DNA from: Macrostomum lignano
Taxonomy: Eukaryota
Assembly: GCA_002269645.1 (NCBI GenBank)
Contig: NIVC01000203.1
Location: 1-54,477, forward strand
Direction: 5' to 3'
DNA length: 54,477 nt
The notes below the pieces were generated by a model. It saw only the letters and a list, made by a program, of their open reading frames with translations. It did not search any database and was not told where the DNA came from. The position numbers were made by a program, and so were the translations under genes. Below, one piece after another: positions 47,513 through 54,477 of this stretch. Numbering within the stretch: position 1 is the stretch's first letter; every line of letters starts with the position of its first letter.

Positions 47513-49006
47513 TCATTCTTCATCAGCTCCACCGTCGGTCGGCGCCATCTCCGATGCCAGCGGGCGCATCTCGGCTAGCCTCAGAGCGTCCTTTTCGTTA
47601 GAAGCGACTTCGTCTCGCTGGCGCAGAACCTGCGCCGCAATGACGCAGTGTCCTTTGTTCTCGGGCGAACTGGACGGCGAGCCTCCTTCCGGGTAGTTAT
47701 TTCGCTGGTGCGGCTGGTGCTGGCCTACCGTGCTGCTGACGATCCCGGACGTGAAGTTTGTTCCCGTCCCTGGGCTGCCACCACCGTAGCGAACTCCGCG
47801 CGAAGTATCAGCAGCTGTCAGTCGGGCAGCCCAGCGAGGACAGAGCGTCACGAGCATTGACTTGCGGAAGGAGGCGGACACAACGCAATAAAGAATGAAG
47901 TTGACCGCGCAGCCAAGGACCTGGCTAAGCGTGACAACATGAAGCAGAGAGTTGACGCTATAGTAGGTGGGCACGGAACTGACGTCACCCCGACGCAGAC
48001 GGTCCTTCAACTCGCCGGTGATAAACTCACGGCAGAAGAAGTTTACCAGTTCGGCGGGAGCAATGGTAACAAAAAATATGGCTGTTGCTGCCACCAGAAG
48101 AGGCGTCAAACTGTCTTTTTGCTGCTGCTGTTGTTGCTGCTGTCGGGTTGTTTTATCGAATCGCACCTGCATCTTGCCGCTGGCCCGGTTAGTGTTGTTG
48201 CTCCTGTTGCGCGAACTGACAACTGCAGATGAGTCAGCATCTCGGGAGCTTCCTGTCAAACGGTTGCGCTGCCGAAGGCTGGACCTGTAGGCTAGAATCA
48301 GCTTAACATTTCCCACAATCATCACCAGCAGGGGTAGAACATTAACTAGAATCGCGCAGAGCCAAGGATACACCAGGGTGAAGAGTCTATGCGAGAAAAA
48401 GTCGCGCCTCTTCTGCACGTAGCAAACCGGCTCCGGGCCGCAGGGCGCGTGGCGCTCAATTTTAAACTTAAAAAAGTACGGAGCGTGCAGCCCGAAAGCC
48501 AGCAGAAATATTCCGACAATGGCGCAGCGCAGTTTGCGCCGAGTCAGCCAGGATCTGGCGCGTAGCGGCTGCCAGACGGCTATGTAGCGGCAGACGGTGA
48601 TGGAGAGGGTGAGCCAGATGCTGGTGGCTAGAAACGCGCTGACCATGGCGGAGGCCCAGGCGCGTGCGTGGCTCAGTAGCCAGGAGGTGCGCACGCCAAC
48701 TGTAATGCTGAGCGGCAGAGCCCACAGACAGACGCTGAGGTCGGACACGGCCAGTGCGGTCAGCGAGTGCGACACCGAGCCTTCTAGACCTTCGCGGCCG
48801 AGGCGGCGTCGTATAAAGACGGCAAGATTGACGGCATTGCCGGCTAGTCCGATGCAGCACACCAGCTTCAGGGCCACGTCCATCACTGCGAACTCGAAGG
48901 TCTTTGCGTTGCTTAAGTGCTCTGCAATCAGCTCGCGAAACTCGTCGCTGCTGTTGTTACTTGATGGCATCTTGGCGAGCTGCAATGAGGTGAGATAAAT
49001 TGACAT
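47513..49006 (-). CDS. Class A peptide GPCR, FMRFamide/myosuppressin-receptor-like (Srw-type), ~497 aa, single coding exon
   Basis: Seven hydrophobic segments: TM1 CIGLAGNAVNLAVF, TM2 LAVSDL, TM3 ITVCRYIAVWQPL, TM4 LHAPYFF, TM5 NVLPLLVMIVGNVKLI, TM6 FFVTIAPAEL, TM7 AVNFILYCVVSASFRKS. N-glycosylation site NNSS. First ATG at 49006 (the track start 49135 is GTG); strong acceptor TTTTTTTATTTTCAG before 49057. Confidence 0.92.
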   Translation of the reverse strand: MSIYLTSLQLAKMPSSNNSSDEFRELIAEHLSNAKTFEFAVMDVALKLVCCIGLAGNAVNLAVFIRRRLGREGLEGSVSHSLTALAVSDLSVCLWALPLSITVGVRTSWLLSHARAWASAMVSAFLATSIWLTLSITVCRYIAVWQPLRARSWLTRRKLRCAIVGIFLLAFGLHAPYFFKFKIERHAPCGPEPVCYVQKRRDFFSHRLFTLVYPWLCAILVNVLPLLVMIVGNVKLILAYRSSLRQRNRLTGSSRDADSSAVVSSRNRSNNTNRASGKMQVRFDKTTRQQQQQQQQKDSLTPLLVAATAIFFVTIAPAELVNFFCREFITGELKDRLRRGDVSSVPTYYSVNSLLHVVTLSQVLGCAVNFILYCVVSASFRKSMLVTLCPRWAARLTAADTSRGVRYGGGSPGTGTNFTSGIVSSTVGQHQPHQRNNYPEGGSPSSSPENKGHCVIAAQVLRQRDEVASNEKDALRLAEMRPLASEMAPTDGGADEE

Positions 49007-51209
49007 GTTAGCTGCGGATTTTATTGTCCAGTTCTTATTTGGGGATAAGGAAGACGTCTGAAAATAAAAAAAACGAAACTTTTCCACTTGCAGTTGCTCT
49101 GATACGAAGGTAATTAAAACGTCACCAGCTGTCACTTAAAAAAAATAATATAGCATTAATTACCCTTGCACACTCAAACTGTAGCTGAGTTTACTTAATA
49201 CTGATTGAAATGTAAATTACATTCTCTGGCCTGCAGGAAGCCATCTGCAGGAAGATGCGGCACAAGGCCTTGGTACCTGCATTTAAATCTTCGCTGACAG
49301 CTTTTGAAGCAGCCTTTGGGTTGACTGCGATCTGAGATGTCACTTTAGGGTGAAGTGCAATTGTTTTATTAACAGGAAATGAAACTACAAGTCATTTCTC
49401 AGGAATTGGCAGCGAGGTGTGGGTGCACGAGTGGCATTCAACTTTGTTCTTGAAGCCTTTCTGAACTTTTATTCCTCCCCATTCTTAGTTGCTAAGTCGA
49501 TTCGGAGCTTTCTCTGCATGACAACGTGAACATAATTTGCGTTGTCATGCTTCAACTGCACACGCAGACTGCTTGACTGGCTCTGGACTGGCGTAAGATC
49601 GCAACAAAAAAATGAATGACGGCAGTCAAAGTTAACAGTGCTCAGCATCACAAAGTATTCGGTTATTCGATTCCCTGAAGCACCTTCACACTTCACTGCG
49701 GGACAGAGGAATGGGAGAGAAGAGTGAATGGACAAGAGAGATAAGAGAAAGGAGAGACGAGGGAATATAGTACAATAGAGGAGATGATAAGAGATGAGAA
49801 ATGAAATAGGAGAGTAGAGAGGAGATCAGAGGAGATTAGAAAGAAAGGAGCTGAGAAAAGACACAAACCTTGAGCGGGCCGGATTGCTATTGTGAAGTTT
49901 CAAAGGACTGTCAGAAAAAGCGGATTTAGGCAAATATTGTTTTCTCGATTATAATTGCAGAGAAATCTTTTATTGGCATTAAAAGACTTCTAAAACTGCT
50001 GCAGTGCTTGCAGAAGGCAGTTTGCTAATCCAGCTGGCTTCCCCATTCTATTTTCATCAGGCCAGGCAGAAAATCCTCTCGGATTATAGCTCCCAATTTT
50101 CCCAATTAACAATAAAGGAGATGGGGAAAATATTAAGTTGGAATTTTTCCCATCTATTTCTCTCAGTTTCGTTGACTTTATTGCTCGTACGCTGCTGTTT
50201 GGCGAGCTGCGTCGTCTTTATCCCCGGGGAACAGCCCGGGGTTAATAGTGGCCCGAGAAGACCTGGCAAACACGGAAACTGTTAGCTGGATTCTCTGCAG
50301 TCTCCTGGCTGAAATTGCATTAAAACGAACCAACGGCTGCAGTAAGTTGGAAAGCTAACAATGAAAGATACACGGCGTGAAAGTTTGCCAGGCCCACCCA
50401 AAAGCAGTGCAGGTAAGCAAACGTGGCGGGTATGCGAACCATTGCTGCAGTACATTCATGCTTCCAGGTTGATTTGCTGAGATAGGCGGAGGGCTGAGCA
50501 CAGCGGACACAAATTGTTAATCCTTGATTGCCTGTTAAAGTTTAGTCCTGCCGGCTCAGAGTGAGTAGTTCTATCCTACATTAGAATCCTATTTCATCTA
50601 CGAATACAGAGCTCAAATCTGACTTTCCCCGTTTGTCTTCATTAAAAATTTTGGGGAGAGAGAATTCAGACTGGGCCCGGTGGTTCTCCACTTCCTTTCC
50701 TTGCACTGCCTCATTGCGCATCTGCAACCGCGTATTTGTATATTCCGTAGCAATTACGAGTTTGCATCAGTCGTTTCTCTTGAAAAATAGAGAAAAGCCA
50801 CATTAAACGGTTTTTTTTATCTATCTTCCTTCCTAGCAGAAAAAAACACGTAAAATGCGCAACTAAGAATACGCAGTCACGGGTCCAATCTAATGTCAAA
50901 TTCGATCGGGTACTTTTCTAACTTCTAATCCCGACTGTACAGTTGATGAAGTAATTTATCTGGCAAGGAAAGATTTGCGACCAAGTGCCACTCAGCTGCC
51001 GCTCTCTAGACAGCTGTCACAGGATTGGGGAGGAGCGCTCTCTGTGACTAGGCGCTACAGCAGACTTTGTGACGGGGATTCGGTTTCGATACGGACTCCC
51101 GCACAGCTATTTGGCTGTCAGGGCTGAGGAACCTAATTACAGCCGAAACTGAGACTTCACTTGTTCAGACCCTCTCATCTTTGAACCATTTTCGTTATTG
51201 ACTCGAGTC

Positions 51210-51263
<54 letters not shown>
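51210..51263. repeat. (GAT)18 microsatellite
   Basis: Seen directly. Confidence 0.97.
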
Positions 51264-53369
51264 AAGGAAATAAGCAGCCTCGCACCGTCTGCTGGTCTGG
51301 GGACGTATAGCTACATCAACCGCTGCGATGATGCTCTAAATTGAGAGCAGCTCAGCTGGCTGCGATGGCGGACGGCCGCGTCATCCATCCGAGACTTTTC
51401 TCATCAAATGACAGGCGCCGGCGCTACAAGGCTAGATCAAGAAAGAAGGTACCGATGCCTTGGGACTCATAAAAATCGACAAATTTTACCCTACTGAAGG
51501 CTGACTTCTCGCTATCATTGCTTGACCTGCAACTGGTGCATCTGAGAAATTTCCCGTATTTTTGTTGAACTGATCTCAGCCCTGTCTAGTCCGGCAGCTG
51601 GGTCAATCGTCTCCCCACCGCGTCATCAACGGTGGCAGAGCAATCTAGACGGAGAGTGGCGTGGCTTGAATACTTTGCTGAGCATTTTTCCAGGGCTCCC
51701 CCTGCCAAAAACAACTCTAGTGGCATAAGGCGAATCATCCATCCACATGTTTTCTATAGAACCCGGACTATTGAGAGCCTCATACTCGTAACATCGGTAA
51801 ACAAAATACGCAGCTCTTTAGTTTTTACAAAACGAGACAAGAAGGGGGTAAAAATGTAGGAACACACTCGAAAAAGGTGGGAATTTGCTGCAGAAAAACT
51901 CCAAACTGATAGGGTATTTCAGAATTCCCCTCCGACAGGAGCATTGGCGATCGGTGCAGGGAACACGAGATGGCTTGCATCCCTGCGGGAAAGTGGCAGC
52001 TTTGAGTGCCATCCGGAGCGTGCAATTTCTATTGTCTAAAATTTTGTAAAAGTAAAAATACCAACGAAAGCGCTCCGCAGGGAATGGGATACGCGATTGC
52101 AGCTAATTATGGTAGTCGGTCTGCTTTCAGCTCATTGCAGTCACCAGCTCTATCGAAGTCTCTTTAAGCCTCGCCGACTTAAATAAAAAAAGAGCTAGTT
52201 TCAGACGCTTTCTGCTCGAACCTGCGCCGTTCGTTCAAGCGCGCATTTCCGGGGCCTTTTATTTTTTCCGACTCGTATTGTGCCTCCTGCTCAGCTGCAA
52301 CCTGAGCGGCTTGCAACAACAGGAGCAGCAGTGGGAGCCCCGGCTTCAGTTCACGACTCATCGTTGGATTTCTCTACGCATTCAGAAGCAGAAAATCCTG
52401 CTCACATGCTATTGCTTAGCAAGCCAAGAGGTTTCAGTATTAACCACTTTAAGAGCCTAGAATGAATAGCACAGTACACATTGAACTATAAAACTTCAAC
52501 ATTGGTATGCACTCAAGATCGCAATCTCTTATGCTCAAGTCGTAAAGCATACGAAATCCATTTTCAAACGGTTCAGAAAAATTCCACGATAAACTTCCGA
52601 AGTGACTTACCGTGCTCGTAAGCTGGCTGCGAAATGTTTCAACTATGCAATATTATATGCATGAGGCCCAGCAACTCAAGTTACTTTGGGGGACTTCGAG
52701 CTCCATTTGATCTGCCATGCGCCTTTAGTTGTTTTATCTTCCCAGGGAATACAATCTGCCGTATGCCAGTGGCCCAGGACCGCTAAGCTCAGGCGCTGTC
52801 ATTGGACCGACATTGCAGACCAATGCAGGATAGAGATAGAGAGGCAAATGCTTTTTTCCTAGCTTTCATTTTCCATCTATTGGCTACTCCACCGATTGAA
52901 CTTCTAACAAATGCGCTCGCTAATCAGGTGGTTCACATCTGTCCGAGATTTCCAAAATACACTTAATTGCTTGCGGCCATTCAGTCTGTTCCGCTCTCAT
53001 CCTTCAATCCCGAGTCTCAGCTTTGCTCGGATTATCGCATCTGGACTCTCTGGGGGGATGGCCAAGTCAAGGACCTAAACAACTACTGGGACATTCTTCT
53101 AGTCAAGAAATCCTGAGCCAAATTTAATTAAATTTGTCGAAACCAGTGGCTTAAATGCTCGGGGCTGAATCGGGCCAATTATGCGTGAGATTGAGTTATT
53201 AAGCCACGGTTTATTGCCGGAGACTCACTTATCGTCTACTTTTTGGGACTTAAGGATAGCCACTTATATTTAATGATATCGATAGCTTCGGATTTCGTCT
53301 TGCAGATTGCATTTCAGTGTGAGCAACATTTCCAACTGTTGTGAATTGAGCTTTTGTGTTCTCGGCGTA

Positions 53370-53870
53370 GACTATTTGCAGCTTATATGGACATATGGCT
53401 GAGCTTGACTCAGCTGCACGGGGTTCCGGGCATCCGGATGCAGCGAGGAGGCGTTGCCGCCCATTCCGCTAACCCCTAGCGCCCACGGCAGCTGGTGCCG
53501 GTGTCCGCAGCACGGTCCCCCTCCGGAGAGTCCAGGAGGTGGATGGTCGCTGGCCCGGTAGCCCTTAGGTAGGACGAGCTGGCAGAGATTCTCGGGCCTG
53601 AAAACGTCGGGTTTGGGCCAAGGTAGATGAGCCTGTCCTGAGTAAAACCGTGGCATTCACAGATGAAGTACTCCGCATTCTTGACACCGGAGAGGCAGAA
53701 TGGGCATTCCTCGTTTTTTTACGGATTTTTCCCTGGGGGTGACGATGCCTTTCAAAACCGCCATGTCCCGAGAGGGCCATGGTCACCGCCCTGCTGTCCC
53801 TGTGGTTGAGTCCAAGCAGGGCCCTGCGGAGGGCGTGGGAGCCATATATACGCATCGCCAAATTCCAAAA
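53370..53870 (-). mobile_element. 3' remnant of an RNase H-type non-LTR retrotransposon (LOA/R1/I-like) with degenerate CCHC knuckle
   Basis: Joining frames across the A-run at ~53715 gives LLGLNHRDSRAVTMALSGHGGFERHRH..GKI / ECPFCLSGVKNAEYFICECHGFTQDRLIYLGPNP..YLRATG, the typical LTGH..CxxC..H..C ORF2 C-terminus (His replaced by Tyr). Confidence 0.72.
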
Positions 53871-54477
53871 ACAAATTTAAAAAACTCCACAGAAGGCAAA
53901 GACGAACATTAGTTTTGTTTTTAACTTTAGTAGACCTATATAACGCCTTGTATACTAATTGGAATTAATTTTAGTGTCTAAAACAGCGACTATGCACCTT
54001 CTGCATAGGTCAGACCAGCCAAACTCATCCAGCAAGATTCAATCTGGCTGATCCGTCTACCGCGACTAAGTAAATAACCATTAGCTCGTACTGTTGCCTC
54101 ACGTTTTAAGGCAGAAATGTGGCATCTGGGGAGGGAGCAGAAGAAAAGCTGTTTTTCTGCTTATCTCTTCTAGCCAAGCCCATAGTTCTTGTTCTGTACG
54201 GAGATTTACTCTGCTCCATTCAAGCCCCCGGCGTCTCATCGCTGCGCGCTCTCCCTCCCTTTCTCTTTCTCTCGGCACAATGAGAAAAAATTGGCCACAG
54301 TTGGCAGCGCGACCAAGGGTCCCGAGGCAGACTCGGACGGAGCCAAAGCGTGCTGATAACACACTGCATGGAGACTGGGGCGCAGGCTGGGCGGCAACCT
54401 TTCTGTTTGCTACTCTTGTTAGCTGCTTGGCAGAGGCCCACAGACAGGCATTGAGAGAAGCGACTTTGCCTTGTCAG

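Overview
Eukaryotic (animal) genomic DNA with GT-AG introns, GC-rich coding exons and AT-rich, repeat-dense intergenic DNA. The style of the LINE remnants and the Gln/Pro-rich genes suggests a free-living flatworm such as Macrostomum; this is inference, not established. Seven protein-coding genes are supported. On the + strand: a 6-exon IGF2BP/Imp RNA-binding protein (RRM + 4 KH, 776 aa), an STK11/LKB1 kinase (2 visible exons, start codon not found, ends in CCLS), and two intronless tandem paralogues encoding signal-peptide proteins of unknown function (526 and 615 aa). On the - strand: a small neuropeptide-precursor-like ORF whose ATG comes from a 26-bp minisatellite, a short single-C2 MCTP-like membrane protein, and a class A FMRFamide-receptor-like peptide GPCR. 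Mobile DNA includes MULE-, hAT- and Tc1-type non-autonomous elements with clean TIRs/TSDs, a mariner fragment, two LINE 3' remnants and four to five tRNA-derived CORE-like SINEs. There are several long mini- and microsatellites; no CRISPR array or genuine tRNA/rRNA gene. The best candidates for new biology are the paired secreted proteins (with a gene-conversion tract and a coiled-coil indel), the putative prepropeptide behind ~40 tandem AUGA-coupled mini-ORFs, and the single-C2 MCTP that lacks most Ca2+ ligands.
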